In this document: in pieces, positions 12,592 through 25,847 of the stretch
How positions within the stretch are numbered: the stretch's first letter is position 1
Layout of the letters: every line of letters starts with the position of its first letter
DNA from: Monocercomonoides exilis PA203
Lineage: Eukaryota; Protista; Preaxostyla
DNA: 64,000 nt
Reading direction: 5' to 3'
Assembly: GCA_001643675.2 (NCBI GenBank)
Contig: LSRY02000001.1
Span: 2,232,001-2,296,000 of the forward strand
Program-made: the position numbers and the translations under genes
The notes under the pieces: model-generated
Seen by the model: only the letters and a program-made list of their open reading frames with translations
Told to the model about the DNA's origin: nothing
The model's database searches: none

Positions 12592-14557
12592 ATGAAGCGA
12601 TCGAGTGGACTTACGAAAAAGCTGAACTTAATGAACAATATAATTCAGATACACGAGAGGAAGATTCCAGAGCTGAGCGAGAAGTTCAACGCAGGTGTGC
12701 AATGGCTGAAGAGGTCGCTGATAGAGATGAAGGAGAAGATGCGCCGTATTCAGCATAGCACGGAGATCAGCAGAGAAATCGACAGATTGCAAGCAAAGTC
12801 GGAGGTTCCACTTGCCATGTCTTCTTCACTGGCTTCTGCTGAAAGAGGAATGGTTCTGTCATTGATTTCGTTGATTATGCCGCTGTGGTTTTATTTGAAG
12901 CTTTAGAAGAAGTTAACAGAGATCATTAGTGATGGAAGTGCTGTGATACTTGGACCATCCCTGAATGGGAAGAGAGTTGTTGTGAAAGTGGGGAGAAGCA
13001 TGAGTGTTGTTGAAAAAGCAAATAGATCTTGCGTTAAAGAAGCGGAACTTGAAGAAAACGAAGGATTTGAATGGAGAGAATATACAGCGATCTGTTGGGG
13101 AGGTGAATTAGCTGGAAGAGCATGTGTTGAGTTGGGATTTTTACTGATGTTTTGAAGGCTGTGAAGAGGAGAATGCAGCAGGTTCAGAGCCTTTGCCAGC
13201 TGGATGCAAAGTGATGGAGCTGCCAATGTGCTCAGTGTCTGCGTTGCTAGATCAGATGGTGTGTGAAACTGCGCATATGCTCTAGATGCCTCTCACGCAA
13301 CAGTTGTTTGTTTAAATGCAGCTAAAGATAGAGCTGAAGTTTTCGCTGGTGTGTACGCTATCGATAATCCGGTGGATAGACAAAGACAAGATTGCAGCTG
13401 ATCTGAAAAAGGGAAAAGTCTTGGGTGGGAAAGGGTCGGGGAGCCGAGACATGGGTTTAGCCATTTTGTGCATACTTGGCTCTGAAGGAGCACGCGGAGC
13501 AAAAGAAGAGTAAGGCTGTGCGGTGGGTGATAATCTCCAATGTTGAGCTGTTTCTGAATGACATTGCAGAGATGTTGCTGTTTGGGAAACTTGTGCTTGA
13601 GGAGTTCAATGAAGATAATCTGTCATTCTTCTTGTTCTCCGACACGGTGCTTGAAAGGGCAGCGGAAAAAAAGATCAAGACAGATTTTGGGGGAGTTTTA
13701 GAAGATGCATTCAAAGATGGGAGTGACAAACGCGTTTGTGTTTCTGGGGATTCTGCTGAATAACAACTGGGCAGAAAGAAAGATGATGAAAGGATTCGAT
13801 GAAAACGTTGTATGACTATATATGTTCTGGTGATGCAGTGGCTTTTTCATCAACGATATCGGGTCCAGCACAAATTCAGAGCTGGGGTTTCTTTTTTCTC
13901 TCTGTGTGTGTGCTATCCACAAACGCAACAGGCGCTGTCGCAACAATTTTTCTGAAATGCATCCCATCTGTCGAGGTGCTTTCTGCCATCGTTTGCGTTT
14001 GTGCTGGAGGTGTTCCTGAGCAACGATTTCTTCACACAGTGCGTGCAGCTTCTGGATGTGTGCGATGCGGTCGAACGGCAGGCTACATTGACGGAGTCTG
14101 AGAACAGCGCAGTTGTGAAGACGGTGAGCCAGCACATTGCGCTGTTGAAGCCTGAACTGGACGACTGTGCGGGTGCTATTGGCGGGTGTCGGAAGGGGTT
14201 TCGGCTGGGCTGAAGTGGAGGGTTGAGGCAGTACAGCAAGCGGAGGGAAAGAAAAAAGGGCGGCGGGTACTGTTCCGGATGGTGAGGCTGCTGGTGGAGC
14301 TGGTGGAGCTGCAGCTGTGGAGGAATGAGGTGGAAGGAGTGATCTGCTTTGGGCTGCCGCTAGGGTACGGGCAGCGTGTGGTGCAGTTCCACGAGGTGAT
14401 GGTGTGGAAGAGGGAGTGCGAAGGATGTGATGCCTTGCCTTCGTCTTCTTCTTCTTTAGCAAAGTTAGTGAAGGTTCCGAGCGAGAAAGAAATGGAGATC
14501 AACTATATGCTGCTATTCTTTGAGTGTGATTTGGGTGTGATTGACTTTTATTTTTGA
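12592..14557 (+). pseudogene. GC-richer disrupted coding region of unknown function
   Basis: Chain of short same-strand ORFs with a coiled-coil-like N-terminus and many stops and frameshifts; no domain recognised. Confidence 0.35.
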
Positions 14558-15092
14558 TGACATTTTCATTGAAGTTTTCATATCCATCTTATTATCTTTT
14601 TTTTCACTTATTATTATTTTATCTCCTGTCAAAGTCACACGGATCATCTATTTTAGTATTTTTGAAAGAAACAAATACATTATTGACATATAAATTTGTT
14701 AAAAAAGGTTATGTATTTTTAAAAGAAATAAATGAAAAGAAGAAATACAGGAAGAAGAAGGAGGTGGAAAAGGATAAATAATAATAATTATAAAAATTTA
14801 GAGAAGCAGAAGAAAATATTGGAAATGAAGAATAATTAGAGGAAGAAGAAGGAGAAGAAGGAGAAGAAAAAGAAGAAGATGAACAAAGGAAGAAGATAAA
14901 AAAGAAGAAGAGATATATGAGTATTATTGCCCAAAGGCAGAGTAAGGCTGGGTTGTTTGAGAGGATGAATGAGATGGGGATGAAGAAAGCAGTGAAGAAG
15001 AACAGGCAAGACCGCATTATATGGGAATGGCCTATTTTCTGTGAAAATTATATATGAGGAATGTTAATAATATATATAATGTTTTCATGCAT

Positions 15093-16370
15093 CAGAGATG
15101 TGCGGAAGTTGACAAAAAAGTCAAAAACAAAAAATGAAAAATTGAGGAAAAAATGGGTGAACGAATTTTAAAAAATAAGAAGTTCAAAAAAAAAATAATT
15201 AATCAACTGCCATGGGGTCAAATTCTGATGCACTTGCACCGTCCCCAGCTCCAAGTGAATCTGATTTTTCAAATTCTGTCATTTGAAGAATGTCATTTTC
15301 ATCTAATATATCAGATTCTAGCTCTGATTCTGTCGAGTCACTTACTTCACTTTCAGATTCTTCCGATTCGTTTTCTTTTTCCGTTAAATCGAAGACGATT
15401 TCTTTTATTAATTCCCTAAATTGAATTTGCAAATTTCTTCTGACCAGCCACATAGATAAATAGTCCCCAAGAAACTTTTCTCTGCATCTAGTTCTTGGAA
15501 AAAATTTCCGTAAATTCATCCACAGACCTTCGACAGTGTTTGTACATGCATGTGTGATTTTGTTTTTGAATTCTCGCTTGTGACAGACAGTATCATGAGC
15601 GTAACCATAATCTTTCAATCTGGCATAAGCCTTCCATTCATCGCTCATAATCCGAGTTCCAGGAAGAATTTTGTCTCGTATTATTGGAACCAATGTCCCA
15701 GCCTTCCTATTTGGCACAATCATCACAAAGTTCTTTCCAGCACCTCCCTCTGGTTTCCTTTCCACAGCTCCAAATATCCAAATTTGTCTCTTCTTTTTCC
15801 CTCGCCCATACTTTCTGCGCCTCCAAACCGCTTCGTCGATCTCCACAATTCTTCCCGGACCTCCTATGACAGCTTGATTTTTGTTCCAAATAGATGTGCA
15901 TCTGACTCGGATAACACTCGTCCAATAATGTATTGTGTTTTCACTAATTCCAAGCAGTTCACAAATGTGTGCGGCTGATATACCAATGAAATAATATAAA
16001 ACAATCATCAAAAACTTTCTCAGCGGTATTTTTGAATTTTCCAAAGATGTGTTTTTAAAAACTGACTGTTTTTGCCACATTTTCCGCATCTCCAATATTT
16101 GTAATATTTGCCTCCGGATGTGAATATCATTTTGCATTTATCATGTCTGCATACTGGAACTTCTTTTTCCAGCGCATTTTCAAAATACCATTTCCATGCA
16201 CCCATTTCATCAGAAAATATATCATTGAGCTCATAACTAGGTGTTTTTGTGAACATACTGTAAGATAAAGACATTTGATAATTGTTTAATCAAACCAATA
16301 AATACTTAAAAATGACCTTTTTTCAAAAATACAAAATTATATTTTCTGACCACTTTCCGCACGTTTTTTG
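15093..16370 (-). mobile_element. Merlin (IS1595/ISXO2-like) DNA transposon
   Basis: Transposase 16274-15199 with Zn ribbon C..C / WRCGKC, IGGPGRIVEIDE, WIFGAVER, PGTRIMSDEWKAY, HDTVCH, TNTVEGLW; one 1-nt frameshift at the T5 run 16069-16073; imperfect terminal inverted repeats around GTGCGGAA. Confidence 0.88.
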
Positions 16371-16391
16371 GAGATTATAATTGCATTATAA

Positions 16392-19300
16392 TTAATTATA
16401 AATCAAATAAAACAGAAATAAACTTGTTCCAGACGTTCCCATATCTTCAGGTCTTGCCGAAGAACATGAAACAGAAAAATAAAAGAAAGAAAAAAGAAAA
16501 AAGAAGAAGAAAAGAAGGTATTGAAGATAATCTTGCTTGTTTTGATGTTGAAGATTGCGATTAATCAGACGAGGAAGAAGAAAGAAAGAAGAGGATGCTA
16601 ATTTCGGAGAAATAGAATCCATCAGAGAAACACTATTACCCTTTCAGTTTCTGCTTTTCCCTTTCCTCTTTCACACTCCAATCATCAACCATTAATCCAA
16701 TTTTCTCCTTCTCCTTCCTCTTCTCTGAATATTCTTCTTCTTTTTTCCTTCTTCATATTAAAATTGCTCTTCTGCTATTTCTCTGCTCCTTTTTCTTTCT
16801 CATCTCCTTTTGATCCAGTTTCTTTTTCATTTCTAAACTCTCTCAAAAAATTATCATTGCTCATCAAACAGCAAACATTTGAGTATGGATGAGTCAAACG
16901 AAGATAATCATCCGAATGGAGACATGAAACAGACTGTTTTTGAAGATGACGATGAGAAAAAAGATGATGATGCTGTTGGAGGAGAAAGTGACGATATCCA
17001 TAATGGTGATGAAAATGCTGAGGAAAATAAAAGCGAAAAAGATGAAGAAGAAGAGGAAGATGCAGCGCATGTGAAGAGTGTGGAGGCGGAGAAGGCATTT
17101 GCACACATGAGCAATTAGAGCCTTCATAAATGTTCCAAAAAGAGGATCTTCGACAACATCGGCGTGTGGTGGACACTTTCAAACTGTGTGCTGCCAGACA
17201 GAAACAACTGCGATGCAGATGGCTGGCTGGCTGATGAACAATTGCAATCACTATCACCACTACTCGAATTCGAGATCATATACTACAACGATAACAATGA
17301 AGATAGAAAAATCTGTTCGCATTCTTCTTGTTGCATCGGAACAGAAGCATTGCTGCTTGGAAGCTCAAAATGAGGCTGACTCCCAACATTCAATGAATTT
17401 GAAGCGGATGATGGTGAAGATGGTGAAGAAGGAGAAGAAGAAGGAGAAGGATGATGCTCATTCATCATATCACCTCTTTTCAAACAATTCCGAATAAAAT
17501 TGTTCCAACCAAGAAGACGATGCTTTGCCGCTCCTCTCTTCCCTTCCCCGCCTTCTTCCCTCTGTTCTCCCAAAGGTGGCAGAAGAGGCAAGTTTCTTCG
17601 TCACAAAATGACCCAGGCAACTTTACAAGCTCTTCCAATGTTCCACAGAATTTTATTCCTAATCTTCTTTTAGCTGCTTTTGATGAATGCGTATCTTTGG
17701 CTTCTGAGGATAGGGGAATGCTTTGTTGTGTGTGTCTTTCCCCAAACACCTGTTATCTCTTTCTTCTTTTGTTTCCTCTTCCTCTTTCTCTTTCTCTTTT
17801 TCTTTTTCCTCGTTATCATTATCATCGTCTTCTTCGCCTTTGTAGTCGTCAATTTTCATTTCATCTGAAATTTTCACCCAATTTTTGGTTGATGTGAGAG
17901 AATTGCATAAGAACGCACTGAAAAAATGGAACGTGAAGAGAAAACTTGCTCTTTCAATTTCTGTGATTGTTAAGACGTCTCCTGCTGCTCGTCTTTTCTG
18001 CGCATCCTGAAGCATTCAAAGAAGGCCATCATGGATATGACATTAAAGGAGAGATCAGCAAAATGCAGATGAAGTTGCAGAAGCAGAAGCAGAAGCAGAA
18101 AATGAAGAAAAACAAGAGAGAGAGTTCGCTCAGTCGGAGACATTCACAAGAAATTCACTCACATCGAAGGAGAATACACGTTGCGATGGAGAAATCTCTC
18201 GAAGGTCATCTTTGTTGTAATTCATCTCTACACAAAATTAACTTCGATGTAATTTTCTTTTCATCTGTGTCTCCTTTATTCACTGAAAATGAAGGGAAAG
18301 GCATCCTCCGTTTCTTGTTGCTTGTCGGTTTCCCTTCTTTTCCTTACTCATCATAAAAACTCTTCCATTTCCAAAAAATTTCGGCTGATATTCTGTGTTT
18401 AAATAAATATTCATTTTATGCATTCAAATTCAGATGGAATACAAGGTCAGACGCTGAATTGGATGAGAATCTGAATGAATTTGAGTGAACATTATTTTTG
18501 TCGATCACAGAAGAAGATGTTGAAATGCTGTCTGTATTGAAGATGTCTTTATATTCTTCATCATCATAATCGTGAATGGCAAATTGAATGAAGGTTAATT
18601 CAATGATTGATCTGCAGTGTTAGAGAAAAGGAAATGAAACAATTTTCAGTTCAATTTAACATCTCTGCAGAATTGAAATAAATAAATGCATCCGAATGAT
18701 GAAAGTCTTTTCCCAATGCCAAGCAAGAGGAATCAGCAAAAAAGTCAAAGATAACGAATAAAACGAAGGAGACGAAGAAGACGAAGAAGGAAAATAAAAA
18801 TGGAAGCAGGGAAATCCAAAAAGAATTAGATGATTTTTCTGAAGAAGAACATGAGAAGGCTTTATATGACGTTGTAGATTGAATACAATATTATGTTTAG
18901 CAGGTATTCTTTACAAGGAGGTAATTATCCTAATTGCAATATTAATGACAAACGTATTCAAGCCAATCAATATAGTAATATTCCCTCAAAGTCAATTGAT
19001 AGTATTTTTGTGAGATCCCTTCCTCTCTTTTCACAAACAGAAAATAATGCTGTTCTGTCAGCGCTGAAAGTTCAAATGAATAAAATGTCAAATGATGATA
19101 TCAGCAAAGAAGATGAATACGAAGGCGAAGGCGAGGAAGAAATTGAAAAAGATGAAGAAGATGAGTAGACGAGGATGACGAGGAAGGTGAAGGAGAAGAA
19201 TATGGAGAAAAAGAAGAAGAAGAAGAAGATCATGATGACGATGAGGATGGTGATGACGACAGCAACGAAAACGAATTTAGGAAGGAATAGAAGATAAATG

Positions 19301-19700
19301 ATATAAATTAGTTTTTTCGTATTTTTCTTTAGGTGAAACTTATCAAGAAGGAGAAGAAGAAGAAATATTTTGGAAATGGAGGAAAATAAGGAGAAAGCCT
19401 GCCATTCGCTTTGAAAGTGGGTATTTTTGGAAAGAGTGAAAGAAATATTGCAAATCAGCAAGAAAAGATGGCACCATAGAATGCGAAGAGAGGTTCATCA
19501 AGAGAAACAATAATATGGTTCAGTCAAAGAGAGATACATCAAAACTTCTGAGTGAATTGAAATCATTAGAAAATGAACTCCAGTGCGCTTTGTACGTAAA
19601 TGGCTTATTGAAGCTGCATTATTGAACAGACAAAAGCACAGCTTGAACATCTGCTAATGGAAATAATATCATTATGGCCATGAAAAGAAAGCAATTGCTT
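16392..19700 (-). pseudogene. Possible multi-exon or decayed low-complexity protein gene
   Basis: Coding-like composition with acidic and poly-Ser tracts and partial ORFs (e.g. 17659-18015); exon structure not resolved. Confidence 0.25.
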
Positions 19701-20918
19701 TTATTGTTGCGATTCGGTTGCAAATTTTAACAAACTCTTTGCATAAAAATCATTAGGAAGACATTATTAAGATTGAATAATGTGCAGAGTGAAATTTGTT
19801 AGAAAAGAATGGATACCATGTACACTGAGACAGAAAATGAAGAAGAATATGTTGTTTCAAAATATGTTGCAAACACAATGTTCATTTCATTTTGGCTTCC
19901 AATTGATTTTGTGTTAACAAGATCATCGATTGGTTTTTTAAATCTTTTTATCAAAATTCCTTGTATCCTTGAAAATTTTGTGATTAGCTGTTATTCAATA
20001 ATTGATTGAATTGTGAGAAAATCTTTCTTTTATACTGCTTGTCGCCGGGTTCTTCGAAACAAGTTTCTGCGAAGAATACTGTCCACTTGAAATCCCTCCT
20101 TCAAATGTATTCGCACATGAATAATAGAGGCAATTATTCATTGAACTTTGAAAAGATGAATGTTCACATCGATAATCACTGTACTCGAATTTTTAACATA
20201 CACGTTTCTGAAGGCACTATTTATTGTCTGTTCACTTTTGTTTTTTCAAGGCAATAGAAAATAGTTTGTTGTTGAAACAGAAAAAACAGCCTCGACCAAA
20301 TTCCCAAATATAATAGTATAAAAATCATCAGATGAAAATGAGAGATTGGAAGAGGAAACATTATATATGGAAATAAAGCTCAAATTAACCATATCGGTTA
20401 ACTAACCTTGGAAATAAAAGGGAATTACAGAATTTTTTGTGAGAAATGAATTTATACATCTTTAGCGTTGATAAATATGTTAAAAGCATAAAAGGCGAAG
20501 ACAAATGAAAAATTGCAACATATATAAGTCCAGCCAAAGAGTTGAATTTCACAAATTATGTTTATATTGTTGTTGATGCAATATTTATGAAATTCTTTTG
20601 TTTCGCAAAAGGTATTGTGCATTTCAAAAATTTTGAAGTTACTCATTCACCGAAAATGTGCTTCATTTGAATTGCCCTGAACTGAATAAATATTGTTTTA
20701 TGAAAAGATGAAATTGAAAAAATTCCTTTGTTTTCCAATGTGGCAGTTTCAGGGACATATTGTGCTTCGAGTATCTTTGCAATTGGAAAGACTTATGAAA
20801 AACAACGAAATCAATTTCATCAGAAAAACCATTTTCAAATAGAAAAAATATCGAAGAAAATATTTATGTGAACACCCATTGTTTGCTTCACTTCATTTCC
20901 TGAGAACTTCTCACGGTA

Positions 20919-23900
20919 ATGGCATCAAAAGACTGCAAGATTCGGTTTTCGGACCTATCATCATCCAGAAAAAGTGAAAAGTGTAAAGATGTTTGGAATT
21001 TCATCGAGAAAAAATCTGCAAATGACACTGTGCAAATGTTAGAATACATGTTTTTGCACACAAACACTGGTAAAAAGTATTTTTCGAAAATTCAACAAAT
21101 ATTCGAAGGTTTGAATAACAGCAATAGGTTTTTCTGTTTTGAAATATGAACATGTTTTGTTTTTTTATCAAGAAAAAAATATATATGTTATTATGAAAAT
21201 AGCAAGTGTTTACAACAACGAAACAAATGTTCACAGCAAAGTCGCTTTGCTAAAAGCTGTATGTCTTGAATACAGCTTCCAGCAATTGAAGGAATTCGGT
21301 TTTGATTTGACAATTGGAAAATACCACCATGCAAAGCAGCACAGCTCAGATTGTAATTTCATAATTGAAAAAGCGTCCAAGCCTCCAATGCCGCCTTCTA
21401 AATCCAGTATTACATTTTTTTGATATATTATTTCTTTCTTTTGTATTATCTCTATATTATTTCTTTCCATTTTTTAGGATTAAGCGAAAATGATGAACTG
21501 AAATTCCAAAAATTTTTTATTAGAGAATTCAACGGAATCATCAGAAAGTGTGAGAGGAGTTAATAAATCAAAAAAGAGTTTGTTTTATCTTTTTCATATA
21601 TGCATTAAATATTTTTCCTTCAAAAAAAATGTGCTTTAAAATTTGATGTTGATTTTTCTACAACCAGCGATCCCAATTGCATGGAACCTGATATTGATCC
21701 TTAGCGAAGCTACTTCACCACCAACGAGGTTAATTGTGAAATGACAGCTTTTTATCAACCATCTTCAACAACAACAAGTGATGAAATAGGCATGGACGAA
21801 GATGTGGATCTGCTCATTAACGAAGAACAAATAAATAGCAATTTGCCTGAATGCAGTTCTTCGGGATTAATATCTTCAACTGTTTCTATGTTTCCGACAG
21901 CTATCCATGAGCCAACAATATTAGATGAACAAATGTTTCAAAATATCATGGAGGAGATAAATGATTCAGTTGATTCAAATTATGATCCAAATGAAACTGT
22001 CACATCTCAAATTGTTATTGATAAAAATATTGAAATAATTTCTATGAAGGGAAAAGAAGATGTATTAAATGAAAAATGTGTTTTTTCTCCTCTGAAAAAT
22101 TTTGGGAACACTTGTTGCTTAGCATTACTAATTCAAATATTTTCGAACAATTTACAATACAAGTTCAAAAATGAATATTCGAAGAGGAAAAATTGGATCT
22201 TTGGTTTGCCAGTCACATTCTATCGTTTCAAATGATCTACAGACTTCAAAAGAGACTACAAACGGCAGTCACGTGAATAGAATAAAAGCTTTGTTTCCAA
22301 CTTATTCAAAAAACATAATTTGGTGCATGGAGAGCAGCAAGAATTTTACAAAGTGTTTCTGTCTGGTTTTCAAAATTTATCTCCAGTTACTCCAGAGTTA
22401 ACGAACATGATGAATGAGAAAATTCAGTTTCCGAGAAAATGCTCAATGTGTGAAACTGAAAGTGGTGGAGCATTTGAGATAACTCCATTAATTAGACTTC
22501 ATAATTGTGATATAATTAACAGTCTAAATAATCACATGTTTAATCAATCAGACGAAATGAACACCTGCGAAGCGTTTTGTGAAAAATGCAATAGGAACAC
22601 ATTTCAGTCAACATGTTTTGACATCAAATCATTTCCAGATATTATTTCTTTTTCCATTAAACCTTCAGAACAATGGCAAAGAACAAAATGCAATATACAC
22701 GAGCACATTTCTTTCTCGTCGATTTCTGGAAAACAAAAAGTCAAAAGCAAATATGACACCGAATCGAAAAACTACACGTTATTAGCGATATTGTTTTCCA
22801 CCAGTAACACAGATGTGGGACATTTCTATAGCATTTGCAGAAATAATCACAATTTCGAACAGGATGAAAATCAACCAAAAGGAAAGTTGTTCTTATACAA
22901 TGATAATATTATATCTATGATAGAAAGCGATCATTCAACAAAAGTCAAAAACAATTTGTATAATGGTGATATTCCTATAATGTTGATTTACAAGAATGTC
23001 AATTTATTTTCGGAAAGTTCTTTAATTTCTCCTCTCTCTCCTTATTAGTTGATATCTCCTGCATATGTCCCTGGACAGAATAACAACAATCCACATTCAG
23101 TCATTCACTATACAGAATCTCAATCCGGAAACTATTCCTCATCACATCAACAACATATTTGTTTTGAATCCTGCGATACTCCAACAATGAATCAAATTCA
23201 TTCATTGTCTCCTTTTCCACTTCATTTAGCGAAAGCTGCAACCATATCTCCTCAAGTCACTTGTCAAAGCAAATCTTATCCAACAGCATTCAATTCACAT
23301 GCAGATGTCTCTTCAAAGCCGATTGCAGCCCTGACAAATTCACTTCATTTTAATCAAAAAAATTGCAAGAAATCAAATTTGGTGGGACATGTTAATAAAA
23401 CTGTTGAAAGTCAAGCACTTCACATTCAACGAAAAAAACTTTCAAAATCACTTCCTAATCCTTCTGAAGCTTCATTTCCATCAACTCAAACAATCAACTC
23501 ATCTGCATCCAATTCCATTTCAAATTCAACTTCTTATTCCGAATCGAATGCAATCTCTTCTTTACTTAATAATAAAACATATAACGAAATTATTTTCAAC
23601 TCAGATCTGAATAATGCGAAGATGCAATCCACATTGGATGAATCAATAAATGACAATCATTCTTTAACAAACAATTCTCTTGACCAATCATTTGCACAAC
23701 GTTCAAGCATACACCTTCAATCAGAATCAAATACTAAATAAACCCACTCATTCACATCACGAATAAAACATTCAAATGCATCACCATTCGAAAATCTTCA
23801 ACCTTTTTGTTCATGTGACAAATCTCCTAACTTGAATGGAGAAATGGGAAAAAAGCCCTTGACAAGAATTATCAACGTGACAAAAAAGAAGTCATATGAA

Positions 23901-25000
23901 TCTCTTCTGGAACAGAACATAAAAATGTCTCTGAGCTCATTTTACAAAAGGACAAGGCATTTGAAGCGTGCGAAGAGACGCTCGGACCTGTGTGACTTAT
24001 GTGAAAAATATCAAGCGTTGCAAAAAAAAGAAAAAGCTCTGAAGGCGAAAAATGAATGTTTAGCTCCAGACGAATTATCAACAATGCAGTTAATCGAAAA
24101 GCATAAACTCAATGCGCGTAATCAGCAGATGCATTTTCACATTCTGTAAGATTCATTGAAGAATAAAGAAGCGCTGATCTTATTTGATTTCAAAGAAAAC
24201 TGGAGTGTACCTATCAGAAGAAATGCAATAAGCAAAGATTTTAACGAAAAAAAAGAAATATCACAGTTTTGTGTTATTGCTTATACGATTGAGGCTGATG
24301 GCAACAGAAACTTGAATGTGTTCAATTATTTTTCCAATAATCTCTCGCACGATTATAGATTTGCAATTGAGTGTTTGAGTGAAACTCTCAAAGACTCTAT
24401 CTTTGATAAAATCACTTCATTCCATTTCATGTGCGACGCAAGCCCCCACTTCAGAAATTCGAATGTCATGTTTTATCTGTTTTCCAATTCATCACCATTA
24501 GTTCGAGGAAAACGATCAATTCTCTCCTTCTTTGGAGAAAAGCATGGGAAGTGTGAGTGTGACGGAGAATTTAGCTGTCTTTCTAAATGTTTGGAGGATT
24601 TCTTGGATCACGATACAGAAATTAAGAACGTTCAAGGATTGGTTGACTTCTTCAAGGAATACTCGAAGAGCGAAAGTTATACTGTGTTCAACAATAAGGG
24701 AACGAAAGAAACATTATATCGCCAATTTCTGATGTTTGTATTTTTACAGTTTTTTATTGATATTTTTGCATTTGTGTTCTAATGACTTTAGATACAACGC
24801 GTCAGTCAAAGTTTTGTGGAAGAGATTGAACATTTCGGAAATGAAAACATATTTGTTTTATGAAAAAAGAGGCGATGATATTTTCCGTTCAATTGTGTCA
24901 CCTTCGAATTCGAAATGAACAAATAAAGTGAAGTTCGAAGTGAAATCATGCAGAGATGAGAGAAAAAGAAAAACATACAAAAAATCCAGCAAATGTGATA
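20919..25000 (+). mobile_element. Sola2-like DDD transposase gene with an embedded USP deubiquitinase domain (now disrupted)
   Basis: Transposase motifs SLSSFYK..KRRSDLCDLC, DFKENW (Asp at 24186), MCDASPHFRN (Asp at 24435), FFGEKHGKCECDG (Asp at 24561); intron 24734-24791; N-terminal exons about 20919-21580; collinear with the 55-57 kb paralog. Confidence 0.75.
22086..23000 (+). CDS. Ubiquitin-specific protease (USP/UCH, peptidase C19) catalytic domain within the transposase frame
   Basis: Cys box PLKNFGNTCCLALLIQ (Cys at 22113), GEQQEF box, two CxxC pairs (CSMC, CEKC), FPDIISFSIK, His box YTLLAILF....VGHFYSICR (His at 22821), FLYNDNII (Asn-Asp at 22899-22904). Confidence 0.85.
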
Positions 25001-25763
25001 CAGCAACACCGCTGGGTAGTTATACTTTCAACATGCTAAAGGAAAGAGAAAAATTTTGTGATTTGAGTTGTTTTGAGAACTGAATTGTTTTTTTTGTAAC
25101 TTTTGTTCATTGTTTGTGCATTTTCTGTATTTTTAATCAGTTAGAAAATTGATTGTTTGGAACGTCTGCTGCTCAAGCCAATGTGTATTTGTTTTTGACA
25201 AATGCTCATTGGTACACATATTTTCGCTCTTGAGCGAGTAATATGGGGCTGGGTTGATTCCGTCCTGAAACTGTGCTGTGACCGGTCCAGCACAGTTTCT
25301 TGAAGGCTTTGGGTCCAGAATCAGCCTCCCAGGACAGACGCCAAATAAGATAATATTTTCCAATTTTTTCAAAATATTAACATCTTTCATTTTCAATGTA
25401 TTTTTTGAAAAATTTATATTAAGTATGTTTTTTATGAAAAAAGTCGACTTTTTGAATTAATTCTGTTCGAATATAATTAAAAATATGTTGAATATATCAT
25501 TTTTAATAATTGATGTGATGAAAAGAATTGAAAAAAAGTTAAAAAGAATTTTTCTATGATTTTCGAGTAAAATATTTGCACCCCGAAAAAAAATAAATTT
25601 CGAAAATAATGTCCCATAATATGTTGACTAATATTTTTTTTTTCATTTGAGACAAACAAAAAAATTCAATTGTTTTTTGGTTTTCATTTCATATGTTCGA
25701 CAATTCATTCTGTATTTTGGCTTATTTTCTTGTTTTTAATATTTTCTTTCATAAGAACACAAA

Positions 25764-25803
25764 TAATGTGATTTATAAACCTGAACATTTTCATAAACCC
25801 GGT

Positions 25804-25847
<44 letters not shown>

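Noticed and set aside
14709-15017. Phe/Ser-rich hydrophobic 'membrane' ORFs (also 9060-9433 and 46325-46576)
   Set aside because: They are reverse-strand or off-frame shadows of GAA/AAA-rich low-complexity sequence
16060-16080. IS1-like programmed frameshift between the Zn ribbon and catalytic domain of Merlin
   Set aside because: The related copy at 38.4 kb is in frame across the same A-run, so this is a 1-nt deletion or sequencing error
22320-24782. TAA/TAG reassigned to Gln (as in some oxymonads), which would make the USP-transposase frame open
   Set aside because: Where homologs in the window allow alignment, in-frame TAA/TAG correspond to Lys, Tyr or Thr rather than Gln (24147 vs Lys; pogo F*ELL vs FYELL; SN*Q vs SNKQ). 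In-frame TGAs also occur. Nonsense decay is the simpler explanation
20300-25760. Terminal inverted repeats for the USP-Sola element
   Set aside because: No convincing GRG...CYC pair with a 4-bp TSD could be found by eye, so boundaries are left at the coding region
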